This document shows positions 1 to 9,659 of a DNA stretch of 64,000 bases, piece after piece. Position numbers and translations under genes: made by a program. The notes beneath the pieces were generated by a model that saw only the letters and a list, made by a program, of their open reading frames with translations, was not told the DNA's origin and made no database searches. This DNA comes from an uncultured virus (IMG/VR IMGVR_UViG_3300023117_001979) (lineage: Duplodnaviria; Heunggongvirae; Uroviricota; Caudoviricetes): IMG/VR virus record IMGVR_UViG_3300023117_001979. One strand, given 5' to 3'. Every line of letters begins with the position of its first letter. Within the stretch, counting starts at the first letter, position 1.

Positions 1-32
1 CGATGACTAGGGGTTGATTGATATAAGTGAGA

Positions 33-61
33 GAGGAACCGAAAGGTTCCTCATTTTTTTT
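33..61 (+). terminator. Hairpin plus T-tract, probable terminator of a plus-strand transcript converging on the primase gene
   Basis: GAGGAACC-GAAA-GGTTCCTC perfect 8-bp stem with GNRA loop, followed by A and a run of T. Confidence 0.6.
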
Positions 62-64
62 GTC

Positions 65-1354
65 TTATTGTGAGCACAATAGGGCATAAGCAATGTGTTT
101 TGACACCTTATGCTCGCCGGGCTCATAGACGCCGTAGTAAGTATTAGCAGTCTTGGAAATAGAGACCTCCACTTCTTCGTCGCCTAGCAATTCCTTTTGC
201 AAATCGAGAACCCATGACATATCAGTTAGGTGCTGGATGCTTGGGACTTTGCAACATACCATGCCTGAGCCACCGTGTAGTGAGCCAGGAATTCGGAGGA
301 CTCTAGCCTTATCCGCAGTTACTCTCCTGTCCACAAATGCAGCATGGCGAAGTCGTGTGCGAGCTAAAGCGAAGGAAAGAAGCCGCTTTGCTTCGGCGTC
401 TTTCATTTGACGAATGTTTCCCCCTTTGAGAATTGAGTCACGATTCTCATTACACGCTGCCCTAAACCCTTCTATCACTTTTTGTGATGGAAGGGTTTTT
501 TTTGTGCCTTTGCGCTTTTTATCTTCATACCAAGGGGTGTAAAGACTTAGAATTTTAGTGAAGCTTTCCATGTCAGCATTAGCGGCCTTTAGCAAATATT
601 CAATGGATTGATTGAAGCGATAACCCCAACCTGATTCGTATGCCTTCAAGTGCCAAGTGTTTGCCCCATGAAGGTGTGCGTTGATTCTTAGGAAGTCCAT
701 AGTATTGAAGTCATAACCGGCTACATAGTTGATTAATGATTTTCTTACTGCCTCGTCGCTTGATGCTTTGTCAGAAAACAATCCGTGGCTAGTATTGACT
801 CTTATGTGAAATCCTTTCTTGCCTGAAAAGGTAATCTCAAAGTCGGAGTAATCAAAGCCGAAGTCCTTTACTAAAATAGTGGCCAAATTGACTGTTGACT
901 TGGCTGCTGCGCCTAGGTTTTCTCTTGGTGTTCGAGTTTCAGCACCTGGAATGTCCCCGTAGTCAATATCAAAGGCTAGTGTTTGGGCCCTCCTATCCTT
1001 TGCGTTTACATTGGCTCTTTCGTTTAGCGTCCCACACGAAGGGCAGGGCACTGACTGCTTGTTGGAAGAATAGGACTCTCCACATTCTTGACAGTCTATT
1101 GTCTTAATGTCAATGTCTTTTGGTGGTCGATAAGACGGGTCTAGATATTGAGAAAGACTCGCATAGATGGCCTTTGGAGCTCTTTTCTTTGCAAAATCAA
1201 TAATGCTGTCAGTACTGTTGTGTGACTGATGGCGAATCATGCGCCCATCCCAAGTCAAAAATGCAAATTCCCGACGAGGGACATTGTCGATTGACAACTC
1301 CGCCTTCCCGTAATACTCGCGGCATAACGCCAGCAAATTCTCTTTCCTAAGCAT
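65..1354 (-). CDS. priS: Archaeo-eukaryotic DNA primase catalytic subunit (PriS-like) with inserted zinc ribbon
   Basis: RREFAF N-terminus, FDIDYGD (motif I), FSGKKGFH (motif II), DRRVTADKARVLRIPGSLHG (motif III); CQECG...CPSCG insert. Confidence 0.9.
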   Translation of the reverse strand: MLRKENLLALCREYYGKAELSIDNVPRREFAFLTWDGRMIRHQSHNSTDSIIDFAKKRAPKAIYASLSQYLDPSYRPPKDIDIKTIDCQECGESYSSNKQSVPCPSCGTLNERANVNAKDRRAQTLAFDIDYGDIPGAETRTPRENLGAAAKSTVNLATILVKDFGFDYSDFEITFSGKKGFHIRVNTSHGLFSDKASSDEAVRKSLINYVAGYDFNTMDFLRINAHLHGANTWHLKAYESGWGYRFNQSIEYLLKAANADMESFTKILSLYTPWYEDKKRKGTKKTLPSQKVIEGFRAACNENRDSILKGGNIRQMKDAEAKRLLSFALARTRLRHAAFVDRRVTADKARVLRIPGSLHGGSGMVCCKVPSIQHLTDMSWVLDLQKELLGDEEVEVSISKTANTYYGVYEPGEHKVSKHIAYALLCSQ

Positions 1355-1391
1355 AGCTAAGCCTCTTTAGAGAGCCGTATAAACTATGGCC

Positions 1392-2132
1392 TCAAGCACT
1401 TGCCTTTTGCAATTCTTGAAGGTCCTTCAATTCAGAAATGATTGAAGAGGCCACCGTCTTGTCAATAGGGAGACATTCAGGGTCGTCTTTCTTGGTAATT
1501 TTTCCGAGGTCCTCTTCGGGGACACCACTTTTCTCAGAAAGCCATGCAACATCCCCTTTGTGACCAAGGTCGCTCAACAAGTACATGATGAGGCCTTTTT
1601 GTGCAGGTGAGCACTGACCATTACCGCCAAATGACTTTGGCGTTGCTGAGTTAGCTGGTGGCTGGTTTACTGATTCTGCTGCTTGAACCCAAGCTGGCTT
1701 GTCAGATGCTTCTTCATCGGAAGACTTGTGATAAAGGTCGAGGCCGATGCCTAGATGGGTAGCGGCTCGCTTTAGTGCATCGGTAAAGGCTGCTTTCCAT
1801 GCTTGACCAAAGTCGTTGCGGATAGATGAGGTTCCGAATTCTTCGATTCGACCCCAAGTTTCGCTAAGAAGCGCTCCATTCTTGTGGTTTTCATAAAGCG
1901 GGTATTCAACTGAAATGTGCAGAATTAGACTGCCGTTTTCGACTACATGGTTCAACACTTGGTATCGCATAGCGCCGTTGAAAACATTCAACATGGTTCG
2001 CTTGACATATTCTCCTGTGACATAGGACATTTCGAATCCACCGCCGGAGCGGGTAAGAATGTCTTCTTCAGGGGTCGGTTGTGTTAGGGCTTCAATTTGT
2101 GCCTCGTTGAGGCCGATTTTGTGGGTACTCAT
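1392..2132 (-). CDS. Rad52/Rad22-family single-strand annealing protein
   Basis: RSGGGFEMSYVTGEYV...LNVFNG and WKAAFTDALKRAATHLGIGLDLY match the Rad52 core; C-terminal SPAQ...ASSIISEL helical module. Confidence 0.85.
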   Translation of the reverse strand: MSTHKIGLNEAQIEALTQPTPEEDILTRSGGGFEMSYVTGEYVKRTMLNVFNGAMRYQVLNHVVENGSLILHISVEYPLYENHKNGALLSETWGRIEEFGTSSIRNDFGQAWKAAFTDALKRAATHLGIGLDLYHKSSDEEASDKPAWVQAAESVNQPPANSATPKSFGGNGQCSPAQKGLIMYLLSDLGHKGDVAWLSEKSGVPEEDLGKITKKDDPECLPIDKTVASSIISELKDLQELQKASA

Positions 2133-2216
2133 TTTGATACTCTCCGGTAATCAAATGTAGGGAAAAGTCCCTATTAAAGCTTCCTAAGACGCTTTTCGGA
2201 TAAACTGAAAGTAAAG

Positions 2217-4655
2217 TCATTCGTTGTCAAAACCCCAGTTTTTTCCGGACTTACGGAGCCCTCCATGTTGGGGGTGGCGCTTCCCAGTGCTGAGGAATCC
2301 CGTGACAGCTTGAACGATGGCGTCGCGCTTAGGTGCTTCGCCCTCATTTACATCTGACCAGTGGTTGCGAATGCCTTCGACTAAGTCTTCCATAGTGAAT
2401 TGTGATTTGTCTGTAATTGCGTAAAAGGTGTTTAGGGCATTCCAAATTGAATCGTCACGGTTTACCTGTTGCATGGTTTTACCACCTTCTGCGGCGGAAG
2501 GTGAAACATCCATGAGGGTCTTTGACATAATGTCAATAGCGAAGTCAGCATGTTCCTTAGTCACTGTTGTACTGAAAGAAATCTTGGCAGCAGCGCAGGC
2601 TAGGCGACCAATCGAGTTAATTCGTCGGTTGCTTACGCTATCGCCATCACTTCGGTTTAGTCGGCTTTGCACCTGTTCCTTTGCTATGTATTCGATAATG
2701 TCGTTAGGAATGCGCACTTCCGCAAATTCTCTAGCGATTGAAAAGAAGCACTGCATGAAGCGAAGATTGAGAATTTCACTGTCGGGGTTGTCTTCTCTAA
2801 AGTCGCCGTTGAGATTTTTTAGTGCTGCTATTGCTCGTAAGGTTTCTTCATCCTCTGACTGAAGGCTGTCCATCATTACAATTGGCACATCCAACCTTGA
2901 CATTGTCGATTCTTTCATCCCTGCTTGTTGGGCAAAGGTCAAGTGGCTACTTGGGTCAAATTTGGTATTGTTCCCTTTCTTTGGGTTTGCAGCAATCAAG
3001 ACCGGTGTCTTTGTAACGACTTTGCCTCCATCAACGAAAGTCAAAGGAACCCATTGAAGCTCAAGAGCCGTGTTTAACTCGTTGGTCAAATCCCGGCCAC
3101 CGGAGTCTAAGAAGTGGGCTTCGTCGATTACTGCGATTCCTCCTGGGCCAACAGAAGCCAAAATTCCCGGAACAATGACTTTCCTATCTCCGCTTGAAAA
3201 CAATTCTGATTTGTTGGACATGCCTCCAATCATACCTGGGATTGATGCTCGCTCTCCTGAAATATACTTGGAGGCTGGTGAAAGAGAGAGTGCATAATTT
3301 GACATGACGGTCTTTCCGGTGCCTGGGTCACCAAAAAGAGCGACATGAATATCACCTCTTTGTGCTAGTGAAGAACCACCAACCTGTTGAAGAATTAGGG
3401 CATGCTTGACATAATCGCGCCCAATAATTTGAGGGGCAAAGCTACGAGTCAATTCTGACATACGGTCTTTGAAGTTGCGGGCACTAGCCCATTCAAACAC
3501 CATTTCTCGCTCTTCGGGTAGTACTTCAACATCAGTCCGAACAGAATTAGACTCAATACCAGTTACTACGAGATAGACTTCGCGGTTTCGGTCTCGCTTT
3601 GAAGTCTTATTCATTGGTCGAGAGCGAACATAGCCAACGAGAATGACTTCTTCTCCCCCGGTAATCATGTCTGCTAATTCTTGTTGAAATTCGACTAACA
3701 CGGCAGGCGAGTCGCTGGTGGCGACCTGGGCACTTTGGATAAGGGCACGGCGAATGGTGATGGTTTTAGATTCCGGTGGTTCCATGAGGGTCCAACCGTT
3801 GTGGCCTTGGACTGAACAGGATAGTGGCATTAGCAAATCGTCATCATATGGGTTTTGAGAAACCATTTGAATTTCCGGCTCTTCACAGCGACTGCACTTG
3901 AAGGCTGCCTCGATAAACTGTGTTTTCTTAGGGGAGAGCATAGTAATCTGTCCGTGTACTCGAACCAAGCGCCCCAATTCGTTTGCACTTAGGGCTTGGT
4001 CGACTGTCCTATCTCGGTCACAATGAACACCAAGAACCTGAACGGAAGGCTGGCGGTAGTGTCGGTTTAGCTGGCGCTCAGTCCATGCTTGGTCAATTTG
4101 TGGGAGATAGTCGGGCAGCAAGTCCTGTAAAATGACCAAGACTGCATCTAAATCGTAAACGAGGTAAGAGGCAAGGTTGCGATAGTAATTGCAAAACTCA
4201 CCCCATGACTGATAGCCGCACCCGGCATCACCGGAAAATCGCTCATTGAATACTCGCAATTCTGCTTCGGGAATGTCGGAAAACCCAGGGAGATTGTAAC
4301 CAAGGGCGATAGCCTCGGTATCAAATGAAATTGGTGAAGGAGTAATGTCCTCTCCTAATTGTGTCCGTAGTGAAAACATGCTGCGTCGTCGGGCTTCGAC
4401 TGCACTATCCCAGCGGTAATGTCCTTCTCTTTGCATGCGCTCGGAGCTAGACGCCGCTGATTCGTCGATTGCGTCATGTGTCAAACCCCACTCGGAAAAT
4501 AGTCCTCCATGAAAACAAAGCCAGGCGTGTACTGAACGCTTCATTTCTCTAACTCGGTTTGCTACCAAAGCGTCATTCTCATCCTCAAGAACAAGGTCGC
4601 CAAGGTCAATATCGGGTTCTTCAATGTCCCAAACCGGGATTCCGTCGTTAGTCAT
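2217..4655 (-). CDS. mcm: MCM replicative helicase with N-terminal extension
   Basis: Zn motif CSRC...CSVQGH, FAPQIIG, RGDIHVALFGDPGTGKT Walker A, IAVIDE Walker B, AANPK, SRLD arginine finger. Confidence 0.93.
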   Translation of the reverse strand: MTNDGIPVWDIEEPDIDLGDLVLEDENDALVANRVREMKRSVHAWLCFHGGLFSEWGLTHDAIDESAASSSERMQREGHYRWDSAVEARRRSMFSLRTQLGEDITPSPISFDTEAIALGYNLPGFSDIPEAELRVFNERFSGDAGCGYQSWGEFCNYYRNLASYLVYDLDAVLVILQDLLPDYLPQIDQAWTERQLNRHYRQPSVQVLGVHCDRDRTVDQALSANELGRLVRVHGQITMLSPKKTQFIEAAFKCSRCEEPEIQMVSQNPYDDDLLMPLSCSVQGHNGWTLMEPPESKTITIRRALIQSAQVATSDSPAVLVEFQQELADMITGGEEVILVGYVRSRPMNKTSKRDRNREVYLVVTGIESNSVRTDVEVLPEEREMVFEWASARNFKDRMSELTRSFAPQIIGRDYVKHALILQQVGGSSLAQRGDIHVALFGDPGTGKTVMSNYALSLSPASKYISGERASIPGMIGGMSNKSELFSSGDRKVIVPGILASVGPGGIAVIDEAHFLDSGGRDLTNELNTALELQWVPLTFVDGGKVVTKTPVLIAANPKKGNNTKFDPSSHLTFAQQAGMKESTMSRLDVPIVMMDSLQSEDEETLRAIAALKNLNGDFREDNPDSEILNLRFMQCFFSIAREFAEVRIPNDIIEYIAKEQVQSRLNRSDGDSVSNRRINSIGRLACAAAKISFSTTVTKEHADFAIDIMSKTLMDVSPSAAEGGKTMQQVNRDDSIWNALNTFYAITDKSQFTMEDLVEGIRNHWSDVNEGEAPKRDAIVQAVTGFLSTGKRHPQHGGLRKSGKNWGFDNE

Positions 4656-5367
4656 TCTTCATCACTCCTGTATTTGTCTTTACGCTAATTTTGCCGTTGT
4701 GGACTGTGTATACCTTCAATGAAGGAGTAGCTTCACTTTGAGTCCTAATTTCTTCTTCGACTACTTTACACCACTCGATTAGGGACTCCTGTGAAACATC
4801 CGTGTAGCCAATGTTTTGAAGGGTGGAAATGAACCCTGGAATCTTAGTAAAGCCCACCTTTAGGACCTGCTCTTTGGTCAGTACTTGAGACACGAATTGT
4901 CGGGCTGTTTCAAGAGGTTCATTAACTATGCTACGGGACGCAACTGCTTTGACGACTTCTTCATTAAGCAGCTTCTCAAACCTCCGTGTTTTATCTCGGA
5001 ATACTTTGTGAGCCTGCCCCTTGCCGTCTTTTTTCCATCCTTTACCACTATCGCTGATGGCGCCCTCTTCTAAGAGTGGCTTTAGAATAGAACGGCGGAA
5101 AGTCGAAGCATCCATGTCGGGCAACACATGGACACGAGTCAGATAGCCGTTGTCACGGATGAATTTTCGACACATGTCAAGTGAAGTATTATGATTTTGA
5201 TTACTCCGGGAGGGGAAGACCATCTCCATGAAAGTGGAACGAGTGTAGCCCCAACTACTACAATTGAGGCCGACCGATTCAAAGAAAATACGGCGCTCTT
5301 GGCTACTCATGTTGTTCAAGTACACAATCAAATCAATCATCGCATCATCCGGTTCTTCTCGGCTCAT
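4648..5367 (-). CDS. Hypothetical protein, first gene of the replication operon; possible winged-helix origin-binding initiator
   Basis: Overlaps the MCM start; lies directly downstream of the repeat field; wHTH-like segment STFRRSILKPLLEEGAI; function is inference. Confidence 0.5.
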   Translation of the reverse strand: MSREEPDDAMIDLIVYLNNMSSQERRIFFESVGLNCSSWGYTRSTFMEMVFPSRSNQNHNTSLDMCRKFIRDNGYLTRVHVLPDMDASTFRRSILKPLLEEGAISDSGKGWKKDGKGQAHKVFRDKTRRFEKLLNEEVVKAVASRSIVNEPLETARQFVSQVLTKEQVLKVGFTKIPGFISTLQNIGYTDVSQESLIEWCKVVEEEIRTQSEATPSLKVYTVHNGKISVKTNTGVMKND

Positions 5368-5402
5368 AAATTACAAACCAAACAGAGTACCTTATGAACT
5401 TT

Positions 5403-5800
5403 CGCAAGGGTGGAAAATGGTTTTCCACTCTTTCAGGCAAAAGGGTGGAAAAAGGGTGGAAAATTGTTGTAAAAGGGTGGAAAAAAGGGTGGAAAAAAGG
5501 GTGGAAACATAACTTTCCACTCTTTTTGAGTACTGAGTATATAAAGAAAGGCTCAAAAATCTAGAATATACACCCCCCTTGGTACAAATTAGAAAAAAGG
5601 GTGGAAAATTTTTCTTGCCACCCTTTCAAAAAAGGGTGGAAAAAGGGTGGAAAATAAAAACCGCAATACTGCGAGCTATATTTCCGACTTCGAAAAAGGG
5701 TGGAAAAAGGGTGGTACCAGTCTTTTTTCCACCCTTTTAGTAAGCTAATCGTTATACTGCTTAGCTATGAGTAAAGGGTGGAAAGTTGTTTTCCACCGAT
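5403..5800. repeat. Iteron-like repeat field, candidate replication origin
   Basis: About 12 direct copies of AAGGGTGG(AAA) and about 5 inverted, partly degenerate copies (TTTCCACCC/TTTCCACTC) in a non-coding gap upstream of the replication genes. Confidence 0.8.
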
Positions 5801-5864
5801 TGCCTTGCGTGTGCGCGCGCGCGAAAGAAAATTATTTTACAGACTTTCAGATTCTGACATGTGA

Positions 5865-6539
5865 CTATTTTGTAGCCATATATTTCTCATACTTCGATTC
5901 ACCTTCTTCTTCGCTACCGAAGTAAAAGAAAGTCCTAAACTTGTTTGCTTTGAATGTCTTGACACCACACTTTTCGAGTAGGGCGTACACTTTCTTGCGG
6001 TCAGCATCAGAAATGTTATCCCTAAGCACCTCCTTCTTTTTCATTTCCTGATTTAGGATGCCTCCATAGGATTCTATGTAGGTAATTATCTCGCTAGCAT
6101 CAAGATGGTTGGGGTCGGTGTCGTTTAGTACTCCATATTGCAAATCTGTACCTTCACTGGGCAAGTCTAGAGGTTCCTCAACTTCTTCACCTTCTTTAGC
6201 TTTCATTGGCGCAGGTGCTACGAAACCTTTCACGCTAACAACATCATCCATAGTGAGGGGCTCGATAGGTTGGGGTTTTCGACCCAACAGCTCTTCAGGG
6301 CTCATCAAGTCAAATGCATTGGTAAATTCTTTCGAGGGCGCCTCGCTCAAGTCAACTCTAACTTCCGCCAACTGCTGTTCCAATGCGCGGACCCTTGTCA
6401 TTAGTGCCTCAATAGTACCGTAAAGCTCGGACTGAACATCATTAATTTTCTTTTCTAAATCGCTCAACTGCGTATCATTATTTGGGGTACTCCCAAAATT
6501 ATTACCTAAGTTACGGAATATCTTACCAATGTCTTCCAT
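5865..6539 (-). CDS. Hypothetical protein (coiled coil, acidic linker, possible C-terminal wHTH)
   Basis: 224-aa ORF with heptad-like N-terminal region. Confidence 0.6.
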   Translation of the reverse strand: MEDIGKIFRNLGNNFGSTPNNDTQLSDLEKKINDVQSELYGTIEALMTRVRALEQQLAEVRVDLSEAPSKEFTNAFDLMSPEELLGRKPQPIEPLTMDDVVSVKGFVAPAPMKAKEGEEVEEPLDLPSEGTDLQYGVLNDTDPNHLDASEIITYIESYGGILNQEMKKKEVLRDNISDADRKKVYALLEKCGVKTFKANKFRTFFYFGSEEEGESKYEKYMATK

Positions 6540-6600
6540 GGTACTACCACGCTAAGTAGTGAGGAAAAAGGTTATGCGAGTCAGGCCTCTAGCAGTGAAC

Positions 6601-6828
6601 ATGCCAGTCAAGCTTTTTGCCTTAACTGACGAAAACGAAAGTAAGCAGGCTATGTCTCTTTTAGAACAGGAAAAAATAGACTATGAATTAATTGAACCCG
6701 ATACTACTCTAATGGGCTACCAAGTAATGTTTGCAGTAACAGGGACTCATCGCACCCCTGTTCTATGTGTTGATGGGCGAGCGTATAGGAGGTTAGAGGG
6801 TGTCCAATCCTTTTTTGCAACCAGGTGA
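6601..6828 (+). CDS. Glutaredoxin-fold protein lacking CxxC
   Basis: Likely start ATG 6601; LLEQEKIDYELI...TGTHRTPVLCVDG pattern typical of Grx/NrdH, but ENES occupies the expected CxxC position. Confidence 0.55.
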   Translation: MPVKLFALTDENESKQAMSLLEQEKIDYELIEPDTTLMGYQVMFAVTGTHRTPVLCVDGRAYRRLEGVQSFFATR

Positions 6829-7687
6829 ATGCTTCATAGAGCTACCTGACAGTGAGTGCGGGGCATTTAATGACCGTGTTTCGTATTCACCACCCGAATA
6901 TACATGCAGAGATTGTGGATATGTGTTACTTGTCGAAACCGACATTGAAGGCGACACCGATAGTGACTTCCAACCGGGTGAAAAAGATGGGACCGACGGA
7001 GAAGGAGAAGATGACGAAGCATCCAGTGATACAGGCCCAGTTGACGAGCCCTTAGTTGACGACACACCGGAAGAAGCTATGACTCGCGATACTCAAAAAC
7101 AACTACGACAAATAATAGCCGAATTAGAAGAAAGTGACTTGCCCACGGACTTCTTTACTAGTTTTTTCATTGATAACTTCGACGAAGTCGTTCAGTTTTA
7201 CATGCTATTTACCAAATACGGGCCCTTCCCAGTAATATATCGCCCTGATAAAAAGAAAGAGGTCTTGGTGCAGACTTCATGTGCTTACATGATGTTAGAA
7301 CGAAAGTTAGTCCGTTTCCAAGTACTAGCTAAAGCAACTGGTTATAGCGAGCAGGGCTTGATACGACGGGCCTTGTTTTTCATTGAAACATACAAGGGAG
7401 AAGACTTTGGCAAGGGTGCATTCATGATTCCAAGTTATTCAAAGGCCCTCAAAGTACCAAGAAGCTTCAACGACCCCATGGAAAAAATGTGGCTGGAGCT
7501 ATCTCATCCTCGCGGAGCACTAAGAGACCGTGTGGTAGCATTCATCGTAGCCTATGCAAAACTGTCAGACCCTGACATAAAAATTTCACTACAAGGCGCT
7601 GCTGCAGCAACTGGGGTCACGAGAGGTACACTTTCACCTAAAGTCAAAGAGTACCGTGACATTATCACTGCATACCTAAACCAATGA
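6800..7687 (+). CDS. Divergent TFB/TFIIB-like transcription factor
   Basis: N-terminal Cys cluster ending CRDCGYVL, acidic linker, two helical repeats, C-terminal ISLQGAAAATGVTRGTLSPKVKEY resembling the TFB BRE-binding HTH. Confidence 0.6.
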   Translation: MSNPFLQPGECFIELPDSECGAFNDRVSYSPPEYTCRDCGYVLLVETDIEGDTDSDFQPGEKDGTDGEGEDDEASSDTGPVDEPLVDDTPEEAMTRDTQKQLRQIIAELEESDLPTDFFTSFFIDNFDEVVQFYMLFTKYGPFPVIYRPDKKKEVLVQTSCAYMMLERKLVRFQVLAKATGYSEQGLIRRALFFIETYKGEDFGKGAFMIPSYSKALKVPRSFNDPMEKMWLELSHPRGALRDRVVAFIVAYAKLSDPDIKISLQGAAAATGVTRGTLSPKVKEYRDIITAYLNQ

Positions 7688-7723
7688 GAAGTATTATCTT
7701 CACCATGATGTAGTAGTTGTATC

Positions 7724-8257
7724 ATGGACCTAACATGGACCCAATTTCGTCGAGCGCACAAAGGAACACCCCAAGCTGAAATTTCAGAATTGTGGGGACA
7801 GTACAAAGAGGGTAGCTACAAGCCAGAAAGCAGTGCTGATGAAGACCCCTATGAAGACTTCAATGAAGCATACAATATTGCTTACGGCGGAAAAGTAGCT
7901 TCTGACGAAGAGAAGTCGGCTGCTGTCAAAACTCTCAATGGACTTGTTGAACAGACAAGCCCATTTACAAATTATCGAGCAGGTGATTCCGATGGTTGGA
8001 CCCTGTGGCTTGGACCAACTAACAATGCAATCCTCGAAAACCACACTCAAAATGTAGCCTTTACCATTACTCGTGCATGGTGGCAAATGTTTGGAGTTGG
8101 TGCAGTGCGCGTTGACACCCAAGTATTCGATGAACAAGAACAAGTCATCAAAGTTAAAGAAAAGTTTGCACGAAGTAAGAGGCTCTTTACCCGCTATCCA
8201 CTAATTGGTAGTGAAGTCAAGTTTTCTAAAAATATGAATGACGCACCGGTTTATTGA
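7724..8257 (+). CDS. Hypothetical protein
   Basis: 177-aa ORF in a co-oriented cluster; N-terminal WTQFRRAHKG...ISELW motif. Confidence 0.6.
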   Translation: MDLTWTQFRRAHKGTPQAEISELWGQYKEGSYKPESSADEDPYEDFNEAYNIAYGGKVASDEEKSAAVKTLNGLVEQTSPFTNYRAGDSDGWTLWLGPTNNAILENHTQNVAFTITRAWWQMFGVGAVRVDTQVFDEQEQVIKVKEKFARSKRLFTRYPLIGSEVKFSKNMNDAPVY

Positions 8258-8702
8258 GGGAGTCAACTTGAACGAAGCTGACCTAATTGCACGACTAACT
8301 GCTTTAGAAGCAGCAGCGAAGCCTCCCCAAAAGCTACCTTCCTTTTGGGTCATTCACGACCCTGCCTTTGTCAAAATTTGGTGCCCAAAGTCTTCTTGCC
8401 CTAATTTGGGTCGAAAGCTAGAAGTTGAAACACTCAAAATTAAAGCATCCGAAGCTCAAGGGCTAACCGAATCAGGGGAAGTTGAAGAATTGGGAAACAG
8501 TGATGACATTATCGAATCCAAGTTGATTGTTGACAAAGGCCCGAACAAGGCACAACACCCATTAGGTGTGATTGCGGCATTCGCAACAGAAGCAGAAGCA
8601 TTAGTTTTTACTAAGAATTATTACAAAGTCAATCAAGAGCGCTTTTCAAAAATGGACAATCCACCCGCTTTGGAGTTAATTGAAATCCAGCTCACCGCGT
8701 AA
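8238..8702 (+). CDS. Hypothetical protein
   Basis: 154-aa ORF overlapping the upstream gene. Confidence 0.55.
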   Translation: MTHRFIEGVNLNEADLIARLTALEAAAKPPQKLPSFWVIHDPAFVKIWCPKSSCPNLGRKLEVETLKIKASEAQGLTESGEVEELGNSDDIIESKLIVDKGPNKAQHPLGVIAAFATEAEALVFTKNYYKVNQERFSKMDNPPALELIEIQLTA

Positions 8703-8748
8703 GCATAATAAGACTCCGTGCGTTCCAAAAGAACCCCGGTGTATTACT

Positions 8749-8982
8749 ATGTCCGATGTACGAAAAACTAAGCAAGCAAGAACCTTCAGAATAATCATTG
8801 AATTCCTAGAAAGAGAGCATACAGCATCTTTTACAGAAATCAAAGACTATGTCAATTCAAGGCTCAAGTATGGCGTGACTAAAGGACGCCTTAACAATAT
8901 TTTAGGCAAATACCCTGAGTTTGTAAAAGTAGGCCAAGTAAATAGAGGCTACAATGTCAGCGAATGGGCTTTAGCCGACTAA
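8749..8982 (+). CDS. Small winged-helix protein (DUF3860-like, archaeal)
   Basis: Likely start ATG 8749; IIEFLE...TEIKDYVNSRLKYGVTKGRLNNILGKYPEF...YNVSEWAL. Confidence 0.6.
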   Translation: MSDVRKTKQARTFRIIIEFLEREHTASFTEIKDYVNSRLKYGVTKGRLNNILGKYPEFVKVGQVNRGYNVSEWALAD

Positions 8983-9659
8983 AACAGCTCATCTAACCCG
9001 TCAAAGTCAAAGTCGCTTGGCTCGACTTCTTCAATTTCTTCAGGCATCTCGGTTTCAACTTCTTCCACGAGACCCTGATGTATCAATGCCTCTTTTTCTA
9101 AAATATAACCTTGGTCAAGCTTAAGACGCTGCGTTTTCAATTTGAAAGTTTCACCACTCATTTTAGTCATGTACTTTAGAGTAGCAGCAGTAGCCTTGTT
9201 CGCACCTAGCAAGTACCAATAAAGAAACCTAACAGCTATGTGGACAAGTAGTGGATAATTCAGCATGTCAGCATCTTTGTGGTTGAAAATATACATCCCC
9301 TTAACCTCGCTTTCCATCTGAAGAACCACATCAGCTGGAATATCTGCAAACATTCCCATTTTTTGCATACGCCTTAGAGCTTCCACATACCCGACAGTCG
9401 AAGAGGTAAGCCTAACCGCTTTTGGTTGGTGCCGTTCCCTATCAGGATGTTCGTCTGTAACATCACCATACATGTCTTGGAATATTTCTAGAAACTGAGC
9501 AGAACGAATTCGCTTCCAAGACTTTGTTTTACCCCTTCCACTTTCTTCTTCCAAGTCCAAAATGTCATCTTCTTCTGTTTCTTCATCTCCAGTGAATAAC
9601 TTGCGAAACTTTCGCTGCCCTCCCTTTTTGCGTTTCATCGTAATTCCGCCATGTGTCAA
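8979..9659 (-). CDS. Hypothetical protein
   Basis: 226-aa ORF with basic N-terminus and acidic C-terminus. Confidence 0.6.
   Translation of the reverse strand: MTHGGITMKRKKGGQRKFRKLFTGDEETEEDDILDLEEESGRGKTKSWKRIRSAQFLEIFQDMYGDVTDEHPDRERHQPKAVRLTSSTVGYVEALRRMQKMGMFADIPADVVLQMESEVKGMYIFNHKDADMLNYPLLVHIAVRFLYWYLLGANKATAATLKYMTKMSGETFKLKTQRLKLDQGYILEKEALIHQGLVEEVETEMPEEIEEVEPSDFDFDGLDELF

Noticed and set aside
2217..4655. Intein in MCM or ligase
   Set aside because: No intein N-terminal C/S or C-terminal HN motifs and no LAGLIDADG blocks interrupt the conserved motifs; the extra length is an N-terminal extension.
5264..5512. ORF ending in KRVEKRVEKRVET repeats
   Set aside because: This is a translation artefact of the AAGGGTGGAAA repeats and is antisense to a better gene.
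5403..5800. CRISPR array
   Set aside because: The repeat unit is only about 11 nt, occurs in both orientations with irregular or no spacers, and no cas genes are present.
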